Below, in pieces: positions 17,443 through 27,997 of a stretch of 64,000 nucleotides of DNA. Under the pieces are notes generated by a model that was not told the origin of the DNA, did no database searches, and worked only from the letters and a program-made list of their open reading frames with translations. This DNA comes from an uncultured Arcobacter sp. (GTDB taxonomy: Bacteria; Campylobacterota; Campylobacteria; Campylobacterales; Arcobacteraceae). Within the stretch, counting starts at the first letter, position 1. The number at the start of each line of letters is the position of its first letter. The DNA lies in the NCBI GenBank assembly GCA_965140705.1, contig OZ223301.1:128001-192000 (forward strand), given 5' to 3'. The position numbers and the translations under genes are program-made.

Positions 17443-18294
17443 ATGCCATTTAATAAATTAACTGAAGAAGAAATTCGAGTCATAGAAAATAAAGGCACAG
17501 AAAGACCTTTTTCTGGTAAATATAATGATTTTTATTCAGATGGTGTTTACAAATGTAAAAAGTGTGATACCAAATTATACTCTTCTGATGCAAAATTTAA
17601 TTCAAGTTGTGGATGGCCTAGTTTTGATGATGATTTTGGAACTGTAAAAAGAGTTCAAGATAGTGATGGAAGAAGAACAGAAATTGTTTGTGCAAACTGT
17701 GGTGCTCACTTAGGTCATGTATTTGAGGGAGAAGGATTTACGCCAAAAAATACAAGGCATTGCGTAAATTCTATCTCATTAAATTTTGATTATATAAATA
17801 AAACAAATGAAGACCAAGCAATATGTTATTTTGCAGCAGGATGTTTTTGGGGAGTAGAATATCACTTTGAACATGTAGAGGGTGTTTATAGTGCAGTTTC
17901 TGGATATATGGGTGGTGATACACTTCATCCTGATTATCAAAGTGTTTGCACTGGTACAACAGGGCACTTAGAAACAGTGAAAATAGAATATGATAAAAAA
18001 ACGGTCTCTTTTGAAGAGTTAGTTAAATACTTTTTCGAGATTCATGATTTTACCCAATCAAATGGACAAGGTCCAGATATTGGTAGTCAATATTTATCTG
18101 CAATATTTTATAAAAATGATGAGCAAAAAAACAAAGCCTTAGAAATAATAGATGAATTAGAAAACAAGGGATATAAAGTAGCTACTACTTTAAGGGAAGC
18201 TGGGACTTTTTATGAAGCAGAAGAGTATCATCAAAACTATTATGACAGACACCAAAAGGTGCCATATTGTCATACTTATAGGAAAATATTTTAG
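17443..18294 (+). CDS. msrAB: Fused methionine sulfoxide reductase MsrB-MsrA
   Basis: MsrB: GTERPF, CGWPSF, HLGHVF, RHCVNS; MsrA: AAGCFWG, AEEYHQ.YY. Confidence 0.95.
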   Translation: MPFNKLTEEEIRVIENKGTERPFSGKYNDFYSDGVYKCKKCDTKLYSSDAKFNSSCGWPSFDDDFGTVKRVQDSDGRRTEIVCANCGAHLGHVFEGEGFTPKNTRHCVNSISLNFDYINKTNEDQAICYFAAGCFWGVEYHFEHVEGVYSAVSGYMGGDTLHPDYQSVCTGTTGHLETVKIEYDKKTVSFEELVKYFFEIHDFTQSNGQGPDIGSQYLSAIFYKNDEQKNKALEIIDELENKGYKVATTLREAGTFYEAEEYHQNYYDRHQKVPYCHTYRKIF

Positions 18295-18632
18295 TTATTT
18301 ACACCTAAAATATAATAAATTGGTCTTTCACTTATTTGTTGAACTTTTACCCCATATTTGTTAGCCCAATGTGAAACTTCATTATGAAATTCTTTTAGAA
18401 TTTCTTCTGAATCATTTTCATCACACTTGATTTTTAAGTATTCAGTTTTATTAGAAAACCCTACATAAGCATTCATTTTCTTTAAATGATCATTTAAACT
18501 AATAATGTGTTTTGCAAACTTTTCAAAATCTTTAGTATTTTTTATCATAACTTCTGCTTGCTTTAGTGCACTTTCACTTTTTGAGTAACCTAGTTGAGAT
18601 AAAACAACTTCAGGTGACATTTCTATTTGCAT
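18291..18632 (-). CDS. Hypothetical protein
   Basis: 113-aa ORF with SD aagga and host-like codon use. Confidence 0.7.
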   Translation of the reverse strand: MQIEMSPEVVLSQLGYSKSESALKQAEVMIKNTKDFEKFAKHIISLNDHLKKMNAYVGFSNKTEYLKIKCDENDSEEILKEFHNEVSHWANKYGVKVQQISERPIYYILGVNN

Positions 18633-18783
18633 AGTAATCCTTTGTTAATATTTTGATTAATAAATATAGCAAAAATGAATTGAAATATTGGTTAATATTT
18701 TATTGTATTATTTCATGGATAATCTCTAATTAAGTTATTTTTTCTGTTATTTTTTGTAATATTGTCATTTCACAAGGGATATT

Positions 18784-21075
18784 ATGGAAAAAGAGAATAA
18801 TTATATATTTGAAATCATATTTTTACCAATTATAATTATAGTTTTTCTTATTACTAGCATTACTATTTTCAATATTCATAGTACTAAAAAACAGTTAGAA
18901 AATCAAATAAAAAATAAAAAAGCCGAGTTTTTTCAAGAAAAGAAGAACCTAATATATAATAAAGTTCATAATATAAATAATATTATAAAAATAGATAATA
19001 TTAAGGTAAATGCAAAATTAAAGAGTCAATTAAAAGAAAAAATAGAAATTGCTTTAAAAATCACAAAAAATATTTACAAAAGAAATAAGAATTTATCGAA
19101 AAAAAGTTTAATAAAAATATTAAAAAATAGGCTTTTCGTTTTGACATATAATAAAAATGAAAACTATTATTTTATTTTTGATAAAACGGGAAAGGTCCTT
19201 GCTCATCCTGAAAAAAATTTAGAGGGAAAAAATTTAAATGATTATTATGATACTGACAATATAAAAATAGGTACAAAATTATTTAAAAGTTTATCTAATG
19301 GTGAAAAAATTGGTTTTACTCAATATCATTTTAAAAAACCAAATATTAAGAATAAAATATTTTTAAAAACAGTTGCTGTTGTGTATTTTAAGCCATTAGA
19401 TATTTACATAGGAACTTTAGCCTATCCAAATGAAATTTTAAATGAGGAAAAGAAAGATTTAATAAAGAAAATAGAATTAAGTCCTGATTTAAAAGAATAT
19501 GTACTACTTTTTAATGTTTTCAATATTAATGGTGGTAAAGATTTTTCTCAATTAATTGCAAGTACTAATGAAGAAAAGTATTTTAAAATAAAACTTGATG
19601 ATGATGTGAAAGATAAAACTGGAAATTATTATAGAAAAGAAGTATTAAAACTTTTAAGGAAAAATGGGGAGTGTTATTATAAATATTGGTTTAAAAGACC
19701 AGGCTCAGATGTTGAAAAAGAGAGATATGCCTATTTTTACTGGAATAAACAGTGGAATTGGATTATTACTTCTGGATTTTATTTTGAAGATTTAGATGCT
19801 CAAATTGCTAAATTAAAAAATGAGACAGATAGTTATTTAACTGAATTAATAAAAAATTCACTAATTTGGGGTGTAATCTTTTCTTTGGTTATGATTTCCA
19901 TATCAACTACTATTTTTTATAAAATTCAAAAAAGAATAAAAAATAATCAATTACGACTTATAAAAAGTCAAGAAAACTTAAAAAAGGCGCAAAAAATATC
20001 AAAAGTAGGATCGTGGAGTTATTCTTATGAAACAGAGGATTTAATTCTTTCGGATGAAACATATGAACTTTTTGGAATAGAAAAAGGGAAACGAAAAATT
20101 TCTTCAAAATTTCTATTATCTTTTGTACATAGTGATGATAAAAGAAGAGTAAATGTACTTCTTGATAGGCTTGTTAAAGAAAAAAAACCTTATGAGACAA
20201 TTCATAGACTTGTGATAAATAATAAAATTAAATGGGTTAATAATCAATGCGAAGTTTTTGAAGAAAAAAATGGAATGATAATAGTGGGAACACTTCAAGA
20301 TATTACAGAAAAATATGAGAAAGATAAAAAAATCGAAGAACAATCTCAATTATTATTCAATCAGTCAAAAATGGCAGCAATGGGAGAAATGATAGAAAAT
20401 ATTGCCCACCAATGGAGACAACCACTCTCAGCTATTTCTATAAGTGCAAGCGGTCTTAAGCTTGAAAGTGAATATAAAGTTTTAGAAAGTGATAAGATTG
20501 AAGAAACATTGAATAATATTCTTGATAATACTAAATATTTATCAAATACAATAGAAGATTTTAGAAAATATTTTGTAAAAGATAAAAATTTAGTGAAATG
20601 TAATATAAAAGAAGTGTATAAAAATACAATTAAACTTTTAAAACCAAAATTTGATACACTAAATATCGAGATAAAAGATGATTGCGAAGACTTATTTACT
20701 TATACATTAGAAAACGAGTTAGTTCAATGTTTAATGAATATTTTCAATAATGCACATGATGCACTTATGAAAAACAAAACAGAGAAAAAATATATTATTA
20801 TAAAGATCTCTAAGAAATATGACAATATAATTATTGATATTAGAGATAATGCAGGTGGAATAGATAATAATATTATTCAAAAAGTTTTTGAGCCATATTT
20901 TACTACTAAACACAAAAGTCAAGGTACTGGTATAGGACTCTATATGACACAAGAAATAATTACTAAACATTTAAAAGGCTTTATAAAAGTTGAAAATGTA
21001 AAATATGAAATTGACGGAAGAATGTATAAAGGTGCTAGTTTTAGAATTTCATTACCTCAAGAATTAAAAAGATAG
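18784..21075 (+). CDS. Cache/PAS sensor histidine kinase
   Basis: Two TMs flank Cache-like segments (YYFIFD..G..LAHP; WNWII.SGFY); PAS (GSWSY, VHSDD); IAHQWRQPL; HATPase. Confidence 0.88.
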   Translation: MEKENNYIFEIIFLPIIIIVFLITSITIFNIHSTKKQLENQIKNKKAEFFQEKKNLIYNKVHNINNIIKIDNIKVNAKLKSQLKEKIEIALKITKNIYKRNKNLSKKSLIKILKNRLFVLTYNKNENYYFIFDKTGKVLAHPEKNLEGKNLNDYYDTDNIKIGTKLFKSLSNGEKIGFTQYHFKKPNIKNKIFLKTVAVVYFKPLDIYIGTLAYPNEILNEEKKDLIKKIELSPDLKEYVLLFNVFNINGGKDFSQLIASTNEEKYFKIKLDDDVKDKTGNYYRKEVLKLLRKNGECYYKYWFKRPGSDVEKERYAYFYWNKQWNWIITSGFYFEDLDAQIAKLKNETDSYLTELIKNSLIWGVIFSLVMISISTTIFYKIQKRIKNNQLRLIKSQENLKKAQKISKVGSWSYSYETEDLILSDETYELFGIEKGKRKISSKFLLSFVHSDDKRRVNVLLDRLVKEKKPYETIHRLVINNKIKWVNNQCEVFEEKNGMIIVGTLQDITEKYEKDKKIEEQSQLLFNQSKMAAMGEMIENIAHQWRQPLSAISISASGLKLESEYKVLESDKIEETLNNILDNTKYLSNTIEDFRKYFVKDKNLVKCNIKEVYKNTIKLLKPKFDTLNIEIKDDCEDLFTYTLENELVQCLMNIFNNAHDALMKNKTEKKYIIIKISKKYDNIIIDIRDNAGGIDNNIIQKVFEPYFTTKHKSQGTGIGLYMTQEIITKHLKGFIKVENVKYEIDGRMYKGASFRISLPQELKR

Positions 21076-21090
21076 AATTAGGGAAAATGT

Positions 21091-22527
21091 ATGAATATTA
21101 AAAATTATGTAGTAATTATAGTGACAGTTCTGTTACTTACTTTTACTATTGGTTCTTCTGTATTAAATTATGAAAAAGCATTGAAAGAGATGGAAATAAA
21201 TCTTAAAGAACGATCACTTCCTTTATCTATTGACAATATTTATTCAGAAGTACAAAAAAATATTATAGAACCTACTTTGGTCTCTTCAATGATGGCAAAT
21301 GATACTTTTTTAAAAGATTGGCTTATTCATGAAGAAAATCAGACTGAAAAAATAAGTAGATATTTGGAAAGTGTAAAAAATAAATATAATATGTTTAGTA
21401 CTTTTTTAGTTTCTAATCAAACTGGTAATTATTATACTTCAAAGGGTTTAATAGATAAAGTAAAAAAATCTAATCCTGAAAATGCTTGGTATTTTAAATT
21501 TAAAGAAGCCCCAGAAAATCATGAGATAAATTTAGACTTTAATAAAAAATTAGCTGATTCTTTAATCATGTTTATAAATTATAAAATCTTTGATGATAAA
21601 TATCATTATTTGGGAGCTACAGGAATAGGAATAAAAATTTCTTATATAAATGAAATGCTAAAACATTTTAGGCTCAAATATAATTTTAATGTATTCTTTA
21701 CAGATAAAAAAGGTGAAGTTGTTTTAAGTGAAGATGAATTTAATAATCCTGATAAATTAATGACTATAGAAGAATTAGATTTATCAAATAAAGATTTAGA
21801 ATTTGAAAGTCCACAGCTTTTTGAATATAAAAAAGATGGTAAAACCTATATCTTAAATGGTAAATTTGTAAAAGAATTAAACCTATATTTATTTGTTGAA
21901 GCTAAGCTTGATACTTTTACAGGAGAAGTTAGAAGAACTTTTATTTTGAATCTTCTTACCTCTTTGTTTGTAACTATTCTTATTATAATTATAATTTTGT
22001 ACACAATAAAAATATATAATAAAAAATTAGAAAGCTTAGCTGCCTATGATAGCTTAACAAGTCTGCATAATAGAAGAACTTTCAATGATTTTTTTGATAA
22101 GTCATTAAAACAATTTAAAAGGGATAGAATCCCTAAATCAATTATATTCTTTGATTTAGATGATTTTAAACTTGTAAATGATAACTATGGTCATTTAGTT
22201 GGAGATGATGTTTTAAAAAGAATTGCTGCTATTTTAAAATTACAAATTAGAGATAGTGATAGTATAGCAAGGTGGGGTGGTGAAGAGTTCTTGATTCTTT
22301 TAAATAACTCAGACTTGGAACAAACTTTTAACATAGCAGAAAAATTAAAAAACTGCTTTGAAAATGATATAGAACTAAATAATCTAGTAAAAGAGGGCAT
22401 TACAGCTAGTTTTGGTGTAAGTACATTTAAAGAAGATGATACAATAGAAAAAATCATTTCAAGGGCAGATAAGACTTTGTATAAAGTAAAAAATAGTGGT
22501 AAAAATAGAGTAGAAAAAGAAGTTTAG
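21091..22527 (+). CDS. Membrane-bound diguanylate cyclase
   Basis: D.LT.L.NRR, DLDDFK.VND.YGH, I-site RDSD, RWGGEEF. Confidence 0.92.
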   Translation: MNIKNYVVIIVTVLLLTFTIGSSVLNYEKALKEMEINLKERSLPLSIDNIYSEVQKNIIEPTLVSSMMANDTFLKDWLIHEENQTEKISRYLESVKNKYNMFSTFLVSNQTGNYYTSKGLIDKVKKSNPENAWYFKFKEAPENHEINLDFNKKLADSLIMFINYKIFDDKYHYLGATGIGIKISYINEMLKHFRLKYNFNVFFTDKKGEVVLSEDEFNNPDKLMTIEELDLSNKDLEFESPQLFEYKKDGKTYILNGKFVKELNLYLFVEAKLDTFTGEVRRTFILNLLTSLFVTILIIIIILYTIKIYNKKLESLAAYDSLTSLHNRRTFNDFFDKSLKQFKRDRIPKSIIFFDLDDFKLVNDNYGHLVGDDVLKRIAAILKLQIRDSDSIARWGGEEFLILLNNSDLEQTFNIAEKLKNCFENDIELNNLVKEGITASFGVSTFKEDDTIEKIISRADKTLYKVKNSGKNRVEKEV

Positions 22528-22536
22528 GAGTATAAA

Positions 22537-22851
22537 ATGTCAGTATTATTGGAAATGGCTATGTTTCCCACTGATTATGGGGAAAGCAAGAGTGCACATG
22601 TGGCTAAAGTGATTGATACTATTAGAAAAAGTGGATACTCTTATCAACTAACATCTATGTGTACTATTATTGAAACAGAAGAGATAGGGCAAGCTTTAAA
22701 GCTTATAGAGGATTGTTATAAAGTTTTAGAATCACTTGATTGTAATAGAGTTTATGCTACATTAACCTTTGACATTAGAAAAGGTCATGATAATAGATTG
22801 AAAACGAAAGTTGAATCTATAGAAAAACAAATAGGAGAAGTATCAAAATGA
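22537..22851 (+). CDS. MTH1187/thiamine-binding family protein
   Basis: S.S..VA.VI..I..SG..Y.LT.M.T..E; K..SIE. Confidence 0.8.
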   Translation: MSVLLEMAMFPTDYGESKSAHVAKVIDTIRKSGYSYQLTSMCTIIETEEIGQALKLIEDCYKVLESLDCNRVYATLTFDIRKGHDNRLKTKVESIEKQIGEVSK

Positions 22852-23093
22852 AATATTTAATTGTATTAGCGCTATTAGTAAGTTCACTATTTGCTGAACA
22901 AAATTTACAAGAGTGTGTTCAATCACCAGTTTCAAAAACATCAGTTATTTTTACTTGTGTACATGGGGAGTATTATATTGAATATGAATCAACTTCAAAA
23001 AGAGATGTAAAAGGATTAAGAGTCCTTTATACAGAATCTGATAAATATAAGTATTTAAAAAATTTAAAAAAGCTTCCTAAAGGGTTAAATTAG
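22848..23093 (+). CDS. Small hypothetical secreted protein
   Basis: ATGA overlap with upstream stop, SD ggag, signal peptide MKYLIVLALLVSSLFA. Confidence 0.7.
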   Translation: MKYLIVLALLVSSLFAEQNLQECVQSPVSKTSVIFTCVHGEYYIEYESTSKRDVKGLRVLYTESDKYKYLKNLKKLPKGLN

Positions 23094-23842
23094 TGTACAA
23101 TGGCATTATGCCATTGCACAACAGATACTCTCATTCCATCTTTTATTTTTTTCACACTATGAGAAAAGTATGGATTACTCAAAAAAGCGATAAAATCTCC
23201 CTCTTTAGGTTTGATTGATATTTTTCTAAATTTATCATCATATAAAAAATCAAAAACCAATTCACCACCACTAAATTCAAACTCATTTTTTGGTTCTTTT
23301 ACTTGAGTTGTGATAAATAAAACAGTTGTAATAATTCTAGCAGGTGCTACTGGTTTGTATTCAATAATATTTTTATTTAAATCAACTATTTCACTACAGT
23401 TATCAGAGTGTCTTTTATAAAAACAGCCATTTTTATAAATAAGTATTTGAGGATCAATTGATTGCATAAGTGAGACATTGAAAAACTCTTCTATTTTACT
23501 TTTTTGAGATTCAAAAAATATATTGTACTCTTTTAGAAAGGTGTCATTTGGAATAATATTGTAAGTATTTCGTATCTCTGTGTTCTTTTTAGGAAGTACA
23601 ACCCCATCATCAGTACTGATAATACCTATTTTTTTGGATTCATCTTCATGATTTTTTATAAAGTTTTTCATATCTGAAAAATCAAAGTTTATATTTTCAT
23701 GTATAAAGGGCGCTTCATGATAAGGATTTGGAAGTATTTTCATACTCTCAGGTACTATTGTATCAAGCCAATGTTTTGGTGAAAATATATTATTACCAAC
23801 TTGAGTTAGTTCAAGTTGTTTTATATCAAAAGGTGCTGTCAT
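23090..23842 (-). CDS. 2OG-Fe(II) oxygenase
   Basis: Y..HSD, FSGGEL.F, HSV..I..G.R.S. Confidence 0.85.
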   Translation of the reverse strand: MTAPFDIKQLELTQVGNNIFSPKHWLDTIVPESMKILPNPYHEAPFIHENINFDFSDMKNFIKNHEDESKKIGIISTDDGVVLPKKNTEIRNTYNIIPNDTFLKEYNIFFESQKSKIEEFFNVSLMQSIDPQILIYKNGCFYKRHSDNCSEIVDLNKNIIEYKPVAPARIITTVLFITTQVKEPKNEFEFSGGELVFDFLYDDKFRKISIKPKEGDFIAFLSNPYFSHSVKKIKDGMRVSVVQWHNAIVH

Positions 23843-23881
23843 AAACCCTACTATAATTTTTTTGAAATTATAGCACCTTTT

Positions 23882-24418
23882 TTAGTAATCAATACCTTTT
23901 GTTTTGAAACTATATCTATGCTCTTCGCTTCTACCGAACTCTTTTATCAATTCTATATGAACTTTTGTTCCATAACCTTTGTGTTTTTCAAACAAATAGT
24001 TTGGATATTTTTGTGAAATTTCTACCATATACCTATCTCGACTAACCTTTGCCAAAATAGATGCAGCACTAACTTGCTCATGATTTGCATCTGCTTTTAT
24101 CTCATGTTTTAAGTTTTCTATTCCAAAAGAGGTGTTTCCATCCATCAGGTATTCATTTGCTTTAACATTTTGCATAATCTCTTCTATGGAGTTTTTTAGA
24201 CAAAGTGATAATCCAAGTTCATCTAAAGTCTTTGCACTTGTAAATACAATATGATAATATGAGTTTGAAATTATCTCATCAAATAGTTTTTCTCTTCTTT
24301 TTTCACTAAGTTTTTTAGAATCATTTAATCCCTCTATTGGATTTTTTAAAACAACTCCTGCCACACATAAAGGCCCAGCTAAAGGTCCACGTCCAGCTTC
24401 ATCTATACCACATAACAT
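23882..24418 (-). CDS. rnhB: Ribonuclease HII
   Basis: GIDEAGRGPLAGP, DSKKLS, AASILAKV.RD, KHKGYGT. Confidence 0.96.
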   Translation of the reverse strand: MLCGIDEAGRGPLAGPLCVAGVVLKNPIEGLNDSKKLSEKRREKLFDEIISNSYYHIVFTSAKTLDELGLSLCLKNSIEEIMQNVKANEYLMDGNTSFGIENLKHEIKADANHEQVSAASILAKVSRDRYMVEISQKYPNYLFEKHKGYGTKVHIELIKEFGRSEEHRYSFKTKGIDY

Positions 24419-24479
24419 CTATTTCCTTTCTGTTTTGCTAATTATATTGTAATAAATTTGAAAGAAAATAAAAATAGTA

Positions 24480-24500
24480 CTTGACAAAAGTTCACTCAAG
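24480..24500. promoter_or_regulatory. HAIR-like (HspR) operator over the clpB -35
   Basis: CTTGACA-N7-ACTCAAG versus consensus CTTGAGT-N7-ACTCAAG. Confidence 0.7.
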
Positions 24501-24510
24501 GTGCTATAAT
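24481..24510 (+). promoter_or_regulatory. clpB sigma70 promoter
   Basis: TTGACA, 18 bp, TATAAT with TGn extension. Confidence 0.8.
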
Positions 24511-24513
24511 TTA

Positions 24514-24540
24514 TTAGCAGTTAAATTAAAGGAGTGCTAA
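24514..24540. promoter_or_regulatory. CIRCE (HrcA) operator overlapping the clpB SD
   Basis: TTAGCAGTT-N9-GAGTGCTAA versus consensus TTAGCACTC-N9-GAGTGCTAA. Confidence 0.85.
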
Positions 24541-24542
24541 TT

Positions 24543-27116
24543 ATGAATAAAATTTTTGAAAAACTAACAAACCAAATGGCAGAAAGCATAGATTCATCTG
24601 TTGCTTTAGCCTTACATAATAAAAACCAAGAAGTAGAAGTAATACATATGCTTTGGGCTTTATTGACAAATACAAACTCAGTACTAAACCAATTATTAAA
24701 TAAAATGAATATAGACAAAACAGCTTTAGTACTAGAAGCAAAATCATATGCTTCATCTTTACCAACTGTATCAACAGTTACAAAAGAAAATATAAAACTA
24801 AGTAGAGGATTTATAGACTCACTGCAAAAAGCAGAAGGTCAAATGGCAACACTTGGAGATAAATTTATAGCTATCGACTCATGGTTAATAGCAAACTTTG
24901 ATAATAAAGTATTTAAAGAAGTATTAGGGAAATATATAGATTTAAGAGAAGCAAAAAAAGAACTTGAAGCCATAAGAGGTGGAAGTGTTATTGACTCAGC
25001 TTCAGGGGATGAAAATTTAGAAGCTTTAGGAAAATATGGAATTGACTTAAACCAACAAGCAATAGATGGAAAACTAGATCCCGTAATTGGAAGAGATGAG
25101 CAAATTCAAAGAATGATGCAAATTCTAATTAGAAAAACAAAAAATAATCCTATTCTTTTAGGAGAACCAGGGACAGGTAAAACAGCCATTGCAGAAGGAT
25201 TAGCTCAAAGAATTGTGGCAAAGGATGTTCCGCTTTCTTTACAAAATAAAAAAGTAGTAACCCTTGATATGAGTGCTTTAATTGCAGGAGCAAAATATAG
25301 AGGTGAATTTGAAGATAGATTAAAATCAGTTATAGATGAAGTAAAAAAAGCTGGAAATATTATTCTTTTTATTGATGAAATTCATACAATAATAGGAGCA
25401 GGTGCAAGCGAAGGTAGTATGGATGCTGCAAATATCTTAAAACCAGCTCTTGCAAGGGGTGAATTGCACACTATTGGTGCAACTACACTAAAAGAGTATA
25501 GAAAGTATTTTGAAAAAGATACAGCTATGCAAAGAAGATTTCAACCAATATCTGTAGATGAGCCAAGTGTAAATGAGGCCTTACAAATATTAAGGGGAAT
25601 AAAAGAGAAATTAGAAACTTTCCATAGTGTAACTATCAATGATAGTGCCTTAGTTGCAGCTGCAAAACTAAGTGATAGATATATTTCTGATAGATTTTTA
25701 CCTGATAAAGCTATTGACCTTATAGATGAAGCAGCAGCAGAACTTAAAATGCAAATAGAGAGTGAACCAATAGTTCTTTCAAATGTAAAAAGGGCAATTC
25801 AAACTTTGATGGTGGAAAAAGAAGCCTTAAAAATGGAAAAATCTAAAAAAAATAGTGAAAGAATTGAAGCTATTGAAAAAGAACTAGCTGATTTAAATGA
25901 AGAACAAAGAGCTTTAGAAACAAGATTTTTAAATGAAAAAGAGACATTTAATAAAGCTTCTGAATTAAAAGTAAGAATTGATGAACTTAGAACAAAAGCA
26001 TTGGCAGCAAAAAGAGAGTCAAGATTTGAAGAAGCAGCATCAATAGAGTATGGAGAAATACCAGAATTAGAAAAACAAGTAAAAGAAAATGAAGAAAAAT
26101 GGAATCAAATGCAAGAAGAGGGAACTCTTTTAAGAAATAGCGTTGATGAAGATGCAATTGCAAGTATTGTTTCAAGATGGACTGGAATTCCTGTAAATAA
26201 AATGTTAAGTAGTGATAAACAAAAAATTCTAGAAATAGAGAGTGTTCTTAAACATGATGTAAAAGGTCAAGATGAAGCACTAAAAGCAATAAGTCGTGCA
26301 ATCAAAAGAAATAAAGCAGGCTTGAGTGATGAGAGTAAACCAATAGGTTCTTTTATGTTTCTAGGACCAACAGGTGTTGGTAAAACAGAGAGTGCAAAAA
26401 GTTTGGCGAAGTTTTTATTTGACGATGAAAAATCACTTATAAGATTTGATATGAGTGAATATATGGAAAAACATGCAGTTTCACGTCTTATTGGTGCAGC
26501 CCCTGGATATGTGGGTTATGAAGAAGGAGGGCAATTAACAGAAGCTGTTAGAAGAAAACCATATAGTGTAATTTTATTTGATGAGATTGAAAAAGCACAT
26601 CCTGATGTATTTAATATCTTACTTCAAGTACTTGATGATGGAAGATTGACAGATAATAAAGGTGTAACGATTGATTTCAAAAATACAATTATTATCTTAA
26701 CATCAAATATTGGAAGTAGTAAGATTATAGAAATAGCTGATAAAGATAAAAGAAGAGAAGAGGTATTTTTAGAGATTAAAAACTATTTTAAACCAGAATT
26801 TTTAAATAGACTAGACGATATAATTATATTTGAACAATTAGGATTAGACTCAATTACAAATATTGTTTCAATATTATTTGAAGATATTAAGAAAAAAGTT
26901 GAAGATAAAGATATACAAATTGAGTTGACTCAAAGTGCAAAAGAGTTTATTGCAAAAGTTGGATTTGACCCAGTTTATGGTGCTAGACCACTGAAAAGAG
27001 CAATTTATGAAATAGTAGAAGATAAGCTTGCTGATTTGATTTTAGAAGATAAAATAAGTTCAGGAAGTAAAGTTATTTTTGATGTGGAAAATGATGAGGT
27101 AGTAGCAAAAATATAA
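24543..27116 (+). CDS. clpB: Chaperone ClpB
   Basis: Two AAA+ modules ([16 protein letters not shown]), GAKYRGEFE, long middle coiled coil; ATG 24543 follows SD aaggag. Confidence 0.96.
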   Translation: MNKIFEKLTNQMAESIDSSVALALHNKNQEVEVIHMLWALLTNTNSVLNQLLNKMNIDKTALVLEAKSYASSLPTVSTVTKENIKLSRGFIDSLQKAEGQMATLGDKFIAIDSWLIANFDNKVFKEVLGKYIDLREAKKELEAIRGGSVIDSASGDENLEALGKYGIDLNQQAIDGKLDPVIGRDEQIQRMMQILIRKTKNNPILLGEPGTGKTAIAEGLAQRIVAKDVPLSLQNKKVVTLDMSALIAGAKYRGEFEDRLKSVIDEVKKAGNIILFIDEIHTIIGAGASEGSMDAANILKPALARGELHTIGATTLKEYRKYFEKDTAMQRRFQPISVDEPSVNEALQILRGIKEKLETFHSVTINDSALVAAAKLSDRYISDRFLPDKAIDLIDEAAAELKMQIESEPIVLSNVKRAIQTLMVEKEALKMEKSKKNSERIEAIEKELADLNEEQRALETRFLNEKETFNKASELKVRIDELRTKALAAKRESRFEEAASIEYGEIPELEKQVKENEEKWNQMQEEGTLLRNSVDEDAIASIVSRWTGIPVNKMLSSDKQKILEIESVLKHDVKGQDEALKAISRAIKRNKAGLSDESKPIGSFMFLGPTGVGKTESAKSLAKFLFDDEKSLIRFDMSEYMEKHAVSRLIGAAPGYVGYEEGGQLTEAVRRKPYSVILFDEIEKAHPDVFNILLQVLDDGRLTDNKGVTIDFKNTIIILTSNIGSSKIIEIADKDKRREEVFLEIKNYFKPEFLNRLDDIIIFEQLGLDSITNIVSILFEDIKKKVEDKDIQIELTQSAKEFIAKVGFDPVYGARPLKRAIYEIVEDKLADLILEDKISSGSKVIFDVENDEVVAKI

Positions 27117-27210
27117 ATTTGCAAAGATTTAAGCTTGACTTAATATAAAGAAGTTTTAAGTTAACTTTAACTATAATCCGCAACTTGAATTTTAAAAAGG
27201 GAATGACACT

Positions 27211-27345
27211 ATGAAAAGAACATACCAACCGCATAACACGCCAAAAAAGAGAACTCATGGTTTTAGAGTTAGAATGTCTACAAAAAATGGTAGAAAAGTT
27301 ATCGCTAGAAGAAGAGCAAAAGGTAGAAAAAGATTAGCTGTTTAA
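27211..27345 (+). CDS. rpmH: 50S ribosomal protein L34
   Basis: Manual translation [44 protein letters not shown]. Confidence 0.97.
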   Translation: MKRTYQPHNTPKKRTHGFRVRMSTKNGRKVIARRRAKGRKRLAV

Positions 27346-27668
27346 GCAAAGAATACAGACTAAATAGCTCAAGAGATTTTAGACAAATCTATCAAAGCGG
27401 CAAAAAATGGCATACGCCATCTTTTGTCGCTTTTTTTAGGTCTAGTGAAAAGTTAGAAATAGGTTTTGTTACTTCAAAAAAAGTAGGAAATGCTGTTTTA
27501 AGAAATAAAGCAAGAAGAAGATTACGAGCTTTAGTTTTAGAAAATGAAAATAAAATTATTACTGGTAAATATGTTTTTGTAGCAAAAGATGAACTATTTA
27601 ATAAATCATATACAGAGCTACAAAAAGATTTTAATTTTGCATTTAAACGACTAAATTTATACAAATGA
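27333..27668 (+). CDS. rnpA: RNase P protein component (start uncertain, non-canonical)
   Basis: Open frame ..[39 protein letters not shown] between rpmH and yidD; no in-frame ATG/GTG/TTG. Confidence 0.9.
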   Translation: MSCLSKEYRLNSSRDFRQIYQSGKKWHTPSFVAFFRSSEKLEIGFVTSKKVGNAVLRNKARRRLRALVLENENKIITGKYVFVAKDELFNKSYTELQKDFNFAFKRLNLYK

Positions 27669-27997
27669 ACTTTATATTTAAATATCTAATTAAGTTTTAT
27701 CAAAAATTTATTTCCCCTTATACTTCTCCAAGTTGTAGATTTTACCCAACTTGTTCCGAATATGGAGTATGGCAAATGGAAAATAACTCTTTTTTTAAGG
27801 CTATTTATTTTACAATAACACGGATATTAAAATGTAATCAACTTTTTAAAGGTGGAATTGACTATCCAATAGTTGACAAACTTCCGAAAAAAAGTATTGT
27901 ACATAAAAAAATCAAAGTAATATATTGGTTTGTACCAACTGAAGATAATAAATACTTTGTAGTAAAGAATTGGGAGAGAAATAAGAATAATGAATAA
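27665..27997 (+). CDS. yidD: Membrane protein insertion efficiency factor
   Basis: YQKFISP...SCRFYPTCSEY, RILKCN; synteny. Confidence 0.93.
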   Translation: MNFIFKYLIKFYQKFISPYTSPSCRFYPTCSEYGVWQMENNSFFKAIYFTITRILKCNQLFKGGIDYPIVDKLPKKSIVHKKIKVIYWFVPTEDNKYFVVKNWERNKNNE

